Shown here in pieces: positions 14,346-29,500 of a stretch of 64,000 nt of DNA (positions are counted from its first letter, which is position 1; each line of letters starts with the position of its first letter). Location: positions 39,308,001 through 39,372,000 of the forward strand of contig OX597818.1 of assembly GCA_951406725.2 (NCBI GenBank), read 5' to 3'. Made by a program: the position numbers and the translations under genes. This stretch comes from Octopus vulgaris. Its lineage: Eukaryota. The notes under the pieces were generated by a model that saw only the letters and a list, made by a program, of their open reading frames with translations, did no database searches and was not told where the DNA came from.

Positions 14346-17300
14346 AAATCCATTCTTGTCTGTCTGTGTGTGTGTCTTCTAGGATCTTGTGCATCCTCCA
14401 TCCGATTGCACTCAAATTTGATATGTAGATACCGACGGTATCAGGGCGTGTATAAGTCTTGAAAAAATTACAAAAATCGATTCCAGGTAAGAATGTAATC
14501 GATAAAGCCGTGGGAACGTGCATTTCTACATGCAAGTACATCAGCTGTTGTGATCGATACTATGCGTACACGAGAAAAATGCATGTGCAGTTTGCACAAA
14601 AAAAGCCGGCTGGCTTGAAATAATGCCACAAAATGTGATGGTTGGACAAGTTGTTTTGAGAAAATTTGGTTTAAATGTTTAACAACTCAGCACCATCCAT
14701 TTGATGGCGGGGGGGGTCGTATATATGGCTAACCCCTAAGGGTGGATGCTACTGTAGTTTGTAGCCCCAGGTGGACACCTCCTCCAGCTGGCTATAGACA
14801 CATTTTCTGTGCCCCGGGTGTCCTCCTGGGGCTACAAACTACAGTAGCATCCACTCTTAGGGGTTAGCCATATTTAAATGGCAAATATACATCACGATGT
14901 GTTGTAGCTACTGTTTATAATTTGCTCTGAGATTTATTGCTTATATATATATATATATGTATGTATGTATGTATATGAATCACCCTCCCAAAATACACAT
15001 TAATACTACGTGGCAATCTTGTGTGCTTTAAGCTTACATTTTACGAATAATACTAATAATTATTATTGTCATGTACTTCAATGTCTTTCAGGGTCAAACA
15101 CAATATCAAATTGAAAGTGTCTTTCCAAACGGACAAAACCATTTCTACATTGATAAAGTGAGTGGAATAATCTATTTGAATGACAGCTTGAAAAATGACC
15201 CTCAGAAAAACACTGAATACAGAGTAAGTATGCTCTTATTATAACTACTTTGAACATTTATTTCTGCTTATATTATGTATCCTTTCTTTATATCTGTTAT
15301 GCATATGAATGATGGACTCATCATTACTTCTAGCGACTAAATTTCCCTTAAATCATACCTTACCATCTTAAAAATAGACATATTGATTATTGCAGTATTT
15401 TAAAAATTTTATTCTGCCTTTAACCCTCCAAAGTGGAGTATAGGCCACTTATAATTGAATCCCATGTTGCATAATTTTTTGCTTCTGGACTTATACTCTG
15501 CCATGAATGTTCCCCTTTCTCTAGTTCTATTTGTGTTGATCTATGCCACAAGTTCTTAGGCCTACCTTTCTTTCTATATCCATCTGGGTTCCACTGTAAA
15601 GCACTTTTCACTATATTCGGTGTGTCTTTTCTAATTGTGCTACCAATCCACTTCCAGTTTTTCTTAAATATTTGCTCCCTAATCGAAACTTGATTTGTTC
15701 TTTGCCATAGCTCCATATTGCTTATGTGTTCAGGCCATCTAATTTTAAGTATACTACGCAAGCATCTGTTGATGAATGATTGTATTTGCTTATTTGACTT
15801 AACTGTTGTTCGCCATGTCTCAGCCCCATACAATTTCAAATTGATTACGAAAACACTGATAGTAAATTGTTGTATTAGATATACCTTATCTTAATGCAAG
15901 ACGGTGGAGGTGCATGGCTTAGTAGTTAGGGCATTGGACTAAGGATTGTAAAATTGTGATGTTGATTCCTGGACTGGGCAATGTGTTGTGTTCTCGAGCA
16001 AAACACTTCATTTCACAATGTCCCAGTCCACTCAGCTGGAGAAATGAGTACCACTGGTGGAGGCATGTAACTTAATGGTTAGGGTGTTGGATTCATGACC
16101 GTAAGATTGTGGTTTCGAACCCTGGACCGAGCGATCCATTGTGAGCAAAACAATTCCTCTCATATTGCTCCAGTCCACTCAGCTGTAGAAATGAGTTTAT
16201 CCTGGAGAGGGATGGGCTCCATCGAGCTTTCTCACCATAGATATGCTGCGTGGCTGTAGCACCCCAATGAACCCCAAGGGGTTAAGGTACTTGTCACTTC
16301 TCAATACAAGATGAGGGGATTACAGCTGGAATGTTTTTGACCATTGTTCCTCTCAATCAGGAACTGGATCGGATGTTGAACAGCAACAACAAAAGTAATT
16401 TCATTCTTCATACTATCTTAAGCTTCTCTACAGAGGTGACATCCATACACAACTTGGCCAATGAGAGAACCCACTCTTTGGTTGTTCTGTCAAGAAGAAA
16501 TAGCTGTCATGTCTTCCTCAAATAAATTCTTATTTCTTTATTGCCCACAAGGGCTAAACATAGAGGGAACAAACAAGGACAAACAAAGGAATTAAGTCAA
16601 TTACATCGACCGCAGTGCATAACTGGTACTTAATTTATTGACACCAAGAGGATGAAAGGCAAAGTCAACCGCGGCAGAATTTGAACTCAGAACATAAAGA
16701 CAGACGAAATACCGCTAAGCATTTTGCCCGATGTGCTAACATTTCTGCCAGCTCGCTGCCTTATATAAATAAATTTTGCCATCTTAAATTTGGAACAGAT
16801 CCATTGGATTGTCCAAAACATCCCTTAAAGGGTAGGGTGGTCACAGTCTTTTAATTGTAGGTCCACATAATCAAAACAACCTTGGGACTAAAACTAGTGG
16901 TTCTTAACCTGGGCAGCAGTGCCCTGTTGGAGGCATTGTGAACTCTCAAAGGACAGCAAATATTAAAGAGCAGTATTTGGAGGTATTAGATTTTTAGAGG
17001 GGCCTGTTATCTCTCTCTGTGATAAATGTTTAAACCGCCTTAAAATACTAACGTTTTAAACACCTTTCATTCTATAAGTCCTCAACCTTTTTAGTGATTT
17101 CCTTAAGCATTCAACATGGAGGTACTAATCCATGCTTATATTCAAAAAGAAGCACATATTGAATGGAATAGTATAATATTAATAAAGCATTGCAAAAAAT
17201 TAAGTTATGCTTAATTAAAGTAATTGCACTTCTTTCTTTCACTTTGCAAACCATGTGAAAGAGGAATTTGTAAAAGGGGCCATTCAATGAAAGAAGGTGA

Positions 17301-19485
17301 TATGCTACAAAAAGGTTGAGAATCCCTGGGCTAAACAATAATGACAATGAATTAGACACCACTACACCATGCAATGCATTCATGCATTTTGTGATGGAAG
17401 ATTATTATGAAATGTCATAGCTGAGACTTCAAAAATTCTGATATTCAACTTCAAATTGTGATCCCATTTTTCTATTAAACCTTCAAGTTAATGAAATAGT
17501 TTGAACAACAAATAAACTGCCCAGTAATTTATTGAACCCTTTGCAGCTTTACTGAAGTTTTTCTTGTGATGGACACACAAAAGAATTTCTCATTTCTTTT
17601 CCATAACACTAAAGAGGATTTCAGCTTAATGTTGAAAAGTAGCTCAAAGCCAACTACAAACCAACGAAGGAGCCTCTGTGTGGTCACTTAACTTACACTA
17701 TCATCTTAAAAGAAAGTATACTTTAGATAATATAGTCTTAAAAACACTGCACCTGAAAAGAAAGATCTGTCTCATAACATGCCCAGTTACCTTAAAAGAA
17801 AGGACACATAAGATAATATAGTCCTAGATACACTGTGTCTGAAAAGAAAGATCTTAACTAACAACAGCTGCAACAGTGGTTAATTAGTTTTATAACTTAC
17901 ATCACATCAAAAATTAGACTTTGCATGAAGAATATTCTTATCAGAGTATATCCAGCCATTGGTAAGAAATGTCTTTTTCATGTAAGTTACTGAAGTCTTT
18001 TTCAGATTAATAATATGAATGCAGACTGTATTTTTTTGTATACACACACACACATTAATTATGAAGTTCTTAATATGGAGGATCTCATGTCTGATCCTTA
18101 AAGGTTTAGTTCTGATATTTACATTTATAACTCTTTACAAGTGCAGTTTTGAATTCTTTCGTATTTTATTCTTTAAATAAAGCTACCTCATGCAATATTA
18201 AGTATTTAATCTTTTAATTTCTTTTTCATTTTCAGATTCAGATTTCGGCTTTCAATATAAACTCACCTCAAACGAAAATTCAGTCTGAATTAATTGTTAG
18301 AGTGAGCAGAAACAGCACTGGCCCTTACTTTATCGATGCTCCATATACAAAGATAATTAATGAGAACTTAGTAGTCAACACTGCATTCTTCCGACTGAAA
18401 GCTGCAGATGATGACAACGTAAGCAACCATGATTTTCATTCCATAAATATCTATTAACCCTTTTGTTACTGTATTTATTTTGAGATGTTCTGTGCTTCTT
18501 TCAATTACTTTAAATATAACAAAGAATTTAGTAAAATAACTTAGTTATCATTCAGCTAGTGTTAGGAACATAAATTGTGACTAAGGTTTGATAGAAGGTT
18601 TTAATTAAAACCTTAAGAAAACAAGACACTTGTACAACAGAGCCAGAGCTGGTTTCAGCCGGGTTGGTAACGAAAGGGTTAATTTCAATTGGATGTCAAT
18701 ACCACATAGTTGAACCAGTTTTATTGGGTGAGGAGACTATATTGATACTTTGATATTTGTAATAAATAATGACAATAATAATAATCCTTTGATATTTTGG
18801 CACAAAGCCAGTAATTTTGAGGGGTGGAGAGTCAATTTATCGACCCCAGTGCTCGACTGGTACTTATCTTATTGATCTTCAAAGGATGGAAAGCAAAGTT
18901 GACTTCAGGGGAATTTGAACTCAAATTGTAAAGATGGATGCAACAACACTAAGCGTTTTGCCCAGCATGCTAACAATTCTGCTAGCTTACTGCTTTAATA
19001 ACAGAAATAAAAATGATTTAATAATGATGTAAAGAAAGGGAATACAGCCACTTGAATTGATCCTAGCACCAAATACAAATATCAGGTCTAAAGAGATATA
19101 AACACTAACAAAAATCCAGAAATCCAGTAGTATTTGAATGTAAGAATGGGTTCAAAAGATTCAACATTTTAAAACAGAAGTGGTCATGTGGTTTGATAAG
19201 AAAAATTACACGATATATTTTATGTTCAAAAGCTGTAATATACATTGAAAAAAAAAAACTATATACATTCATTCATTTATTTCCATGATAGCTTCGGTAA
19301 ATTTTGAGGTATTAGGAAGCATAAGAGTGGCTGTGTGGTAAGTAGCTTGCTTACAAACCACATGCTTCCGGGTTCAGTCCTACTGCATGGCACCTTGGGC
19401 AAGTGTCTTCTACTATAGCCTCGGGCTGCCCAAAGCCTTGTGAGTGGATATGGTAGATGGAAACTGAAGGAAGCCCGTCGTATAG

Positions 19486-19529
<44 letters not shown>

Positions 19530-22497
19530 GTGTGTGCATATATGTTTGTGTCTGTGTTTGCCCCCCCAATGCTGGTGTGTTTAACATCCCCGCAACTTAG
19601 TGGTTCAGCAAAAGAGACTGATAGAAGAAGTACTAGGATTACAAAGAATAAGTCCTGGGGTCAATTTGCTCGACTAAAGGTGGTGCTCCAGCATGACCAC
19701 AGTCAAATGACTGAAACAAGAAAAAGAGTAAAAAGCATATTGTTTTTTAGTCATATATCCTTCCTGTTACTAACCCTTTCCTGTTGCTACATAAAATATT
19801 GTTAAATGATTTGATGACAGTAAAAGTGAAAGTACTTTTTAGATTTCACAACAATTTATTTTCTCTATTCTTGTTTTTATTCTTACATATAGGATCCAAT
19901 TGTGTTTTCATTTGGTCTTCCTAACTCTCAAGCACAATCTTACTTCAAAGTGAATTCCAATGGTGATGTCCTTTTGATTAAAGCTCTAACAGCCAGTAGT
20001 CCAAGTATTTTCAATGTAAGTTACCACTGAAAGATAATTTACAGGATTTTGTTTTTGCTTGTTTTTGTTTTGTTTTTTTTTTGTTTTTTTGTATTGTTTT
20101 CTTTTTGTCTAAAGAGAACAGAGTCTTGCTTTTTTTCCAGTTTCTTGAAATTTTGGCTATGTATGACTGAAATCATAGATAGTGAATAGACCACAATACT
20201 CTTCCACTATATACAGGGTGGAGCAGAGAGGATGGACGTTTTTGAAATGGCTATTACTCAGCCCCAGTGGGAGGGACATATGTCTGACAGGTACCATTCA
20301 GCCTGTGGTGTCTTAGCACTTTTTTCTTTTCAGGTGAAGTCACAGCACTGTGGACAATAGAGTATCGCATGTTTGCCTACAACAGTTATGTGAAGAATAA
20401 CAAGTCTGTCACGGCAGTTCAGTGTGCGTTTTGGCACCACTTCAACATTCACTGAAATCAGGCTGTTCCCACCTTATGTTCCCACAATCTTATGTTGGGT
20501 GAATGTATTTTTGTACATGAAGTACACTAATGAATAAGAGACTGGTGGAGCACCATGAATGGTACAGACCCTGGAAAATATGGAATGTATCAGACAAGCT
20601 TTGAAATGGAGTCTGAATTGCTCTGCTCAGAAGCATTCCACTGAGGAGAGCAATTGATTGGTAAGGTGTATTTTGCATGAAGACATGCATTTCCACCCGT
20701 ACAAATTGGTCATTGGGTAATAGTTGAAACCATGGGACTATGCACAATGGCTTAACTTCACACGTCAGATGGAAACAATTTTTGAGGCAAATGACAAACT
20801 CATTTTGTTAATGAGTGATGAAGCTCATTTTCATTTCAACGGCATAGCGAATTAACAGAACTCTTGTTACTGAGCTCTTGAAAATTCAAGAGAACCACAT
20901 GAAAGACCACTGCACCACTCAAAAGTGATGGTCTGGTGTGCTGTTGAAAAAGCTACCATCATTGGTCCTTACTCTTTTGAAAACAATAATGGAAATGGTT
21001 ACTGTAAATTCCAAGCATTACGTTGAAATGATAAGCAACTTTGTGCCTGAATTATGATGAAAACGTATGGCTATTCAACATGTGTAGTTTCAACAGGATG
21101 GGGCAACAGTCAGAGCATCAATGGATGTTCTTTGCCCTTTCTTCAGTGACTGCCTCATTTTCAAGTTTGCTGACATTCCTTAGCCCCCTCAGACTCCTGA
21201 TTTGTCCATGTGTGATTATTTCTTGTGGGGAAACCTCAAAGCATGTGTGTATGCACATAAGCTCAATACACTGGATGATTTGAAGGAAGCTATTCATGTG
21301 GAAGTTACCCAAATCAACAGAGCAATGCTGGAGAGTGTGGAGGCCAACTTCCAAGAACGCCTTCAGAAATTCATCAATGAAAACGGACACCACATGATGG
21401 ATGTTGTTTTCCACGCTTAATTTTGACAAATGCTAATTCAGTACAAACACGTTGATGTCAATAAAATTTGTTTGCATCTAAAATTAATGATTTTGCGAAT
21501 TTTTCCAAAAAGTCCGTCCTCTCTGCACCAACTAGTACAGTATTTACTTTTTGCAAATGAATATGAATATTGGGTATATATTAAAGAATTCAAGATAGGC
21601 AATTGTATAATTCTTTTCTACGGATGTGTCTTCCTATATTTTACTGGGTGATTTTGTAATTGTTTGTATAAATAATTGAAGTAGGATGAGTTGGCCAGGT
21701 AAATAAAGTATTGGACAAGAGCCACAAGTTCAAATCTCCTGTTGGTGTTTTAATGTATTTTAGAGAAGAACATATCATATTTTCAGTTTATCTTGCTGTT
21801 AAAAATTAATGCCAGATTTGATGGATAATACATCCATTTTGTCAAATTGAAGCACAAAATACTAATTTCGTATTTCTTTTGCCATTTTTTCTGCCAGTTT
21901 GAAGTGAAAGTTGCTGACAACAGTTCACCACCAAAGACAGCCACAACTATGATGAGGATTGAAGTGTTCAGAAACGTCCAGCCTCCAATTTTTACTCAGA
22001 GTTTTTATAGTACAGAAAAAACTGCTGACACTTCAGTTGGAACAAGTGTGTTCTCTGTATTTGCAACCAATTCTAACCTAGTAAGATATTTGGCTTCACC
22101 TTTTTGTGAACAATGTATTACATACCTTCATATACATGCACATAGACCAATTCTAACCTTGTAAGATATTTGGCTTCACCTTTTTGTGAACAATGTATTA
22201 CATACCTTCATATACATTCACATAGACGTATTTATTAGAAGATGAGACTTCATAATCACTACTCTTAGTTTCGCTTTTTAAATCTTCAGGCAAAAGAGCA
22301 GTGTTTCAGTTTTCAAATAGATATTGCATCATTCTACGTTCTACTTCTGTTTTAGAATAAAATACACTTCCTCTCATGCTTACATGCTCTAAAACATATT
22401 CACACTTCTTAAATATACAGATGTAATACACAAACATACACATACACACAGATGGACTCACACACACACAGGCACATGGACACACACACACGCACAT

Positions 22498-22538
<41 letters not shown>

Positions 22539-23134
22539 GACACACACAGACATACATATGCAAGGGTGAACAGAAAAGTTCACAGGCTGACTATGAAGGA
22601 GTGATGCTAGAGCCACGAAATCTTGTATACATTAATTTCAACTCTTCTTATTAATAATTGCATGAGATAGTGGAGAATATTGTGCACAATGAGCTTGGCA
22701 TGATGAAGGATTTTGCTGGGTGGATACCATATCATCTGACACCTGATCAAAAACTCATCAGTGTATCATAACTGCAGTGGGATACAGGCACTGCAACACC
22801 AATAGAAGTGTATGGACTGCAAGAGAGGCTATATAGAAAATTGATCCTAATTTGATCACATTCTATGGAAGTGACTTGGTCAGCCAATGAACTTTTCAGA
22901 CAATCCTCTGTGTGTGTGTGTGTGCATATGTGTGTGTACACACGTGCATGCATGTGTGTGTATGTGTATGTATGTGTGTATGTATATATATATATATATA
23001 TATGTATATGTATATATATGTGTATATATGTATATGTATATGTATATATATATATATATGTGTATATATATATATATGTGTATATATATATATATGTATA
23101 TGTATATATATATATGTGTATATATATATGTGTG

Positions 23135-23175
<41 letters not shown>

Positions 23176-23192
23176 GCATGTGTGTGTGTGTG

Positions 23193-23264
<72 letters not shown>

Positions 23265-23305
23265 TGTGTGTGTGTGTGTATATATATATATGTATATATA
23301 TATAT

Positions 23306-23352
<47 letters not shown>

Positions 23353-25118
23353 GCATAAAGTCAGATATGAGAGGTAAAGATAGATTTGACTCAGTGATTT
23401 TCAAATGATTATGACCATTTCTCAACCTACTTCATTGTAGTATATATTTCAATACTTAAGAAATTATGCATAGATGTTTACATCAATATGTATGCTCAGT
23501 ATTATATAATAAAATTTGCATATTCACAAATGTATGTGTGTATGTATGTATGTATGTATATATTGTTTTCTGCTGGGGAATCAGCAGCCAAAATAGTTTT
23601 CATGGTTCAGACAACTTACAAAGACACTGCCATAAGTGAAACACAAGTTTCCGAGTGGTTTTCATGCTTTAGGAAGGGTCATTTATTGCTTGAAGACCAA
23701 CTTCGTTTAAGGCAACTATCAACCTTCCAAATGAATGAAAATATGATAATTCATGAACTGATAACGAACTTCTTGATATGACTGGTGTGTTTTGGAGCTC
23801 CTATTAATGAATTTTGAGTGAGGAATTGTAAATGAAATGAGTTGCAGCAAAATTTGTGCCTTACTTGCTCATGGAAAATCAAAAGCAGTCATGACTGAAT
23901 GTGTATTATGAACTGAAAGAACAATTAGAAGTTGATCTGGACCGTTTTTAAAAGATCATCACTGGTGATGAAAGTTGGTACTGTGGAATTTGCAGATGTG
24001 GAAGAGGCAAAGAAAAGACCGCCGGAGGTGTTAAAAGGCACCACTTCACAAGAGTTCCAGTACTGCTTCAAACAGTGGAAAATACACCTGGAACAATGCA
24101 TTGCTTCAAATGGAGAATACTTTGAAGGCAATAAAAGTGTAAACAAGTGAATAAAGTAATATTGCAAAATTCCAGTTTCTTTTTGGGTACCTCCCATATA
24201 TATATATATAACAAAAATATATTTATATGAATATATATGCATGTGTGTGTTTGTGGGTATATAAATCTTTGTTGTTCCAAATATTTCCAAGAAGCATTTG
24301 TTTATATATATATTTACATATTTACATTACAGGGCCAAATTCAGTATGAACTTACTGGTACAAGTCTAGGAATGAGATACTTCAATATTTCTACAAATAC
24401 AGGTGTTGTGTATGTTCAGCAACCATTGACTCAACTTACAGGCAAAAAACCCATTGTTGTGGTAAGTTTTGTGCTATAAATATATTTTTTTAAAAATTGT
24501 CTTGAAAATTGTATGTTGAATATTACAATATACGCGTAAAATTGAAATATTTACGAATTTTGCCACAAACTAAAGTAATCAACTGTGTTATTTATCATCA
24601 TCATCATCATCATCATATTATTATTATTATTATTATTATTGAGTGAGAGAGCAGTTTATGCCATCAAAGTGACACTGGGGTAAAATATACGAAGCCCAAT
24701 ATACCCATCATGACTACCCGTCTGATAAAGGCACACCAGGCACATGCATCACAACCATATGTGCGCGACATGGTGATCTCATATCAAGATAAACAGCACA
24801 TGACCTTGCAGGTGGGGCCCAGTTAGAATTTTCTTCAGGTTGAGTAGCCCATCCCGCTCAAACGGTCCCTGAATAAGGGTTGTTTAAGGATGTTGAAAGA
24901 ACCACCCATGTTTCCAGAGGTGAATTATTCAAACCCCAAAGAATCCCTCTCAACACATGGCTATGATGCTCCCCCACTACTTCTGCTCATGATCAGAGAT
25001 GCACATATCATCAGCCACTAAGGGACATACTCAACTGGTTAAGGTCAAACAACTGACAAGCAAATCTGTGGTATTGAGCAGAATATTTGCTGTAGCCCAT
25101 CTTTTATACCAAGACAAA

Positions 25119-25160
<42 letters not shown>

Positions 25161-26012
25161 TAAGCTGGCGAGTTGGCAGAATTGCTTGTGTGCCAGGCTA
25201 AATGCTTAGCAGCATTTCATTCACCTGTATGTTCTGGGTTCAAATGCTGCTTTACCTTTCATCCTTTCAGAGTCAATAAAATAAGTACCAGCCAAGCACT
25301 GGCACTGGTGTAATTGACTTTCCTCTTCCCCTGAGATTGCTGGCCTTATTAATAGCCCTACTAGTTTTTCATCATTTCTAGCTAACAGCTTCAGATCATC
25401 ATCCATATAAAATAAATGATTTACAATAATATCATACATTTTGAACCTACACCTGGTGTTACTCAGTTCATTTGAGAGTAGGATCAGTGCCATGCAAAGA
25501 GTAATGGGGGAAAATGAGTCACCTTGAAAGATGCCTCATTTGATGGTGATGTTAGATTGGCTCATCCCATTGGTATGGTTTAACCCTTTCATTACTGTAT
25601 TTATTTTGAGATGCTCTGTGTTTTCTTCAATTATTTTAAATATAACAAAGAATTTAGTAAATTAACTTCATTATCATTAAACGATGATTTTGATGATGAT
25701 GCTGATGATGACAACCTATTTTACTATAACTGTGTTGGCTTGAGGCTATATTAGAAGACACTTGCCCAAAGTGCCATGCAGTGGGATTGAACCCGGAACC
25801 ATGTGGTTGGTAAGCAAGCTACTTACCACGCAGCCACTCCTGTATAATATGTCTACATCTCATCTCTTTATTTTTTTTTTTTTTTTTGCATTTGATTTTT
25901 GTGTAAACCCTGCATTTTATGTATCCGTAATATCTTCTTATTTTCTTTACTTGCAATGACTTCTCTATCAAATTCTCTGGTGGCAATTAAATGAAGTAGT
26001 TGTTGTTGTTGC

Positions 26013-26069
<57 letters not shown>

Positions 26070-26378
26070 CATTATCAAGTATTGAAAACTTGCAGATATG
26101 TTTTGAGATTTTTCATTGATTTTTTTTTGTTGTTGTTGTTAATTTCAGCTTGTAATTAAAGCATACTTAAGAACAAACCCCACCATTGCTACAGTTGCTC
26201 TACTGACTATAACTGTAATCAAGAACATTAACACACCTGTTTTCACACCTGCTCCACCATACACTAAAACTGTCTTTGAGTATGATGCAGTTGGTACCTT
26301 TGTTTTTGATGCAAATGCACAAGATTCTGACATAACGGTAACTCAAATTTATATATCCTTTAATCATCTAATCCAAAC

Positions 26379-26440
<62 letters not shown>

Positions 26441-28338
26441 AAGGGTGGAAAGGAACACACGAGTTGATATATATGAAAAAACAAGTCAAAAATAGAAAAT
26501 GCTAAGATAATTTTATAGTGAATCTTTCAGATTCACTATAAAATTCACAGATTCATCTATATAGTGAAAGATTCACTATAAAATTATCTTAGCATTTTCT
26601 ATTTTTGACTTGTTTTTTCATATATATATATATATATATGTATGTATGCATGTATGTATGTTTGTGTGTGTGTGTATATATATATATATATAATGTGCGT
26701 GTCTGTGTGTGTACGTGTGTGTGTAAATTTTTTGCAACTTTTCTTTATTAATGAGAAAACAGAATAGTTCTTTCTTTGTGATAGTTTGAGATAAACTTAA
26801 ATGTTAAAATCCTCTCCATCATCATCATCATCATCATCATCACCATGTAACATCTGTTTTCCATGCTGGCATTGGGTTGGATGATTCAACAGATTCTGAC
26901 AAGCCAGAGAACAGCGCTAAGTCCCCAATATCTGCTTTGACCCTTCTTAACACCAACCACTTCACAGAGTGTACTGGATGCTTTTTACGTGACACCAGTA
27001 TCCATGAGACTACAAAATAGCTCGCATGACTCAACCGAGAAAGATTTGTTTGTCAAATGATGAGAGGTTAAAATGTTATAGGACAGAAGAGTTATATGGC
27101 AGTATATTCATCATCATCATCGTCATCATCGTTTAACGTCCGTTTTCCATGCTAGCATGGGTTGGACGGTTTAACCAGGGTCTAGGAAGCCAGATGGCTG
27201 CACCAGGCTCCAGTCTGATCTGGCAGTGTTTCTACAGCTGGATGCCCTTCCTAACGTCAACCACTCCGTGAGTGTGGTGGCTGCTTTTTACGTGCCACCG
27301 GCAAAGGTGCCAGGCAAGGCTGGCAACGGCCACGATCGGATTGGTGCTTTTTACGTACCACCGGCATGGAAGCCAGTCAAGGTGGCGCTGGCTTCGGCCA
27401 CGTTCAGATAGTGCTTTTTACGTGCCACCGGCATGGGAATATAGAAATTTGTAAGTCTCTTTCTCAAATCCCATAGGTGCCTACTTATAACAAACATTTA
27501 TCATAGTTGGGAATGGTTTTCTTAGAAAAGAACATATTCTAAGTAACTCATTCCTTTTTCTTAGAAACTGCCAACACATTTTCTGGATAATGAATGTCTG
27601 CAGGTATTGAAAAGATAGAGGTAAGTGTTAGGGTTAGGGCTAGGTGTTTTCATTTAACTAAATTCAACATTCCACAGTTAAAAGCAGAACATTGTTTAGT
27701 CATTGCACAATAATTTGGCAGCTTACAGCAGTGAATTTAAACACATGTATAGTTGATGATATATCTTGAATCAGTAATCGAATATTTTGATCATACTTTA
27801 TATGTTGTTATGTCTAACCTCAGTTAGCTCTGATGCCCAGCTACAATCATTCCCAACCTATTTTCAAGCATTGCAAATCAAGACATAATCTTAAGCATAC
27901 CTCCATTTTCAAGATGGTAGAGTGCAATTTGAATGTGATTTAGCATTTATTTCTAGTAGGTTGTGTAACCCTGAAGAAGATTCCTCATTGGTTTGTGTAT
28001 TTGTCCTCTGCCTTCTTATCATCATTATCACTATCACCATCATCAACATTATCATTGTCATCATCATCATCGTCATCATCAAATTTTTCAATACTAGCAT
28101 GAGTTGAGCAAAATATTTTGATGCAGTATCTTATAATCAGGTACCCTTCCTGTCACCAACCTTTCTTTGTTTATCAAGTAAGGTACTTTAATTTTGTTGG
28201 CCTTTTTCACAGTTCCAAGACATTCTGTTCCTGGGTGATGTAAATAAACATCACCACAGCCAAAGCTGTGTCAATACAAAGGCGGTAGAACCATATACTT
28301 ACTTACACACTAATGCACACATGTGCGTGCATATCACG

Positions 28339-28370
<32 letters not shown>

Positions 28371-29448
28371 TGCATACACACACCACATATAAGCACAACA
28401 GACTTCTTTACCAAATTTCACTCACTTCATAAAGTTGTAGTAAAATACATTTCCCTAAGATGTCACACAGAGGAACTGAACCTGTGATCTTGTGGATACA
28501 ATACGAATCAACACGGACATGTCTACCTTCATCCATGCATTGCATGTAGAATTTGTTGACACAAGAGAAATTCCAGTTATATTCAATTATTACAGACTGC
28601 CATGAATCAATTTATATCATAATTTACTTTATAATAAACACCTTATAAAAATTATTTCTGAAATCCCTTTTCTCTTATCTCTAGGATCCCGAAAACAAGA
28701 TTTATTACAGTTTGCAGGGGACAGGATCATCCTTTTTCATTATCAACCCATTATCAGGAGTAATATCCATCGCTAGGCCTTTATCAGAAGATACATCATC
28801 TAGATATACAGTAAGTACATTTGGAATTATTTTCATATTTCTCTAAAAGATTTCTCATTCTAGGATTATAACAAATTTGGCCTTTACTTTCAAAAGCAGT
28901 CTCTGTTATTGTTATTGATTAGCCAAGGTCAGCTCTGACAATACCATGTTTTTTTGATGTTTAGATATAATGTATCTTGATTCACATTTTCCAGTGTTTT
29001 TTGTTTTTTTTAATGGTAGTGATTCAAGAAAAATTTGGTTGCTGTTACTAGCAGGTTGAGTAACCACATGAAATACCCCGTGTTGTTGATTTTAAAAGCT
29101 GATGAAGTAAATAGACTTATATGATGGTCTTTGCTAGAAAAGTTATATATATATATATATAATGTGTGTGTGTATATATATATATATAGTTAATCCAAAC
29201 AAGAAAACACAGAAAAAAACACAGCAACGCGAGGACGTGGAACAATTAAAGTATTATTTGATGCTCAGGAAAGAAGGGAAGGAGGGTTTAACGTTTTGAG
29301 CGGAGCTCTTTGTCGGAAACAAGGAGAAGGAAAGATCCCAAGAAGGGAAGACAGAGGAAAAAAATATTTTTGCTGGTGGTGCTCAAGAGATCACATGTTG
29401 GTGCTCAAGAGATCACGTGGTGCTCAAGAGATCACATATATATGTGTA

Positions 29449-29500
<52 letters not shown>

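Noticed and set aside
27627-27644. Telomere-like TTAGGG repeats
   Set aside because: Only about two to three imperfect units, too short to call an interstitial telomere.
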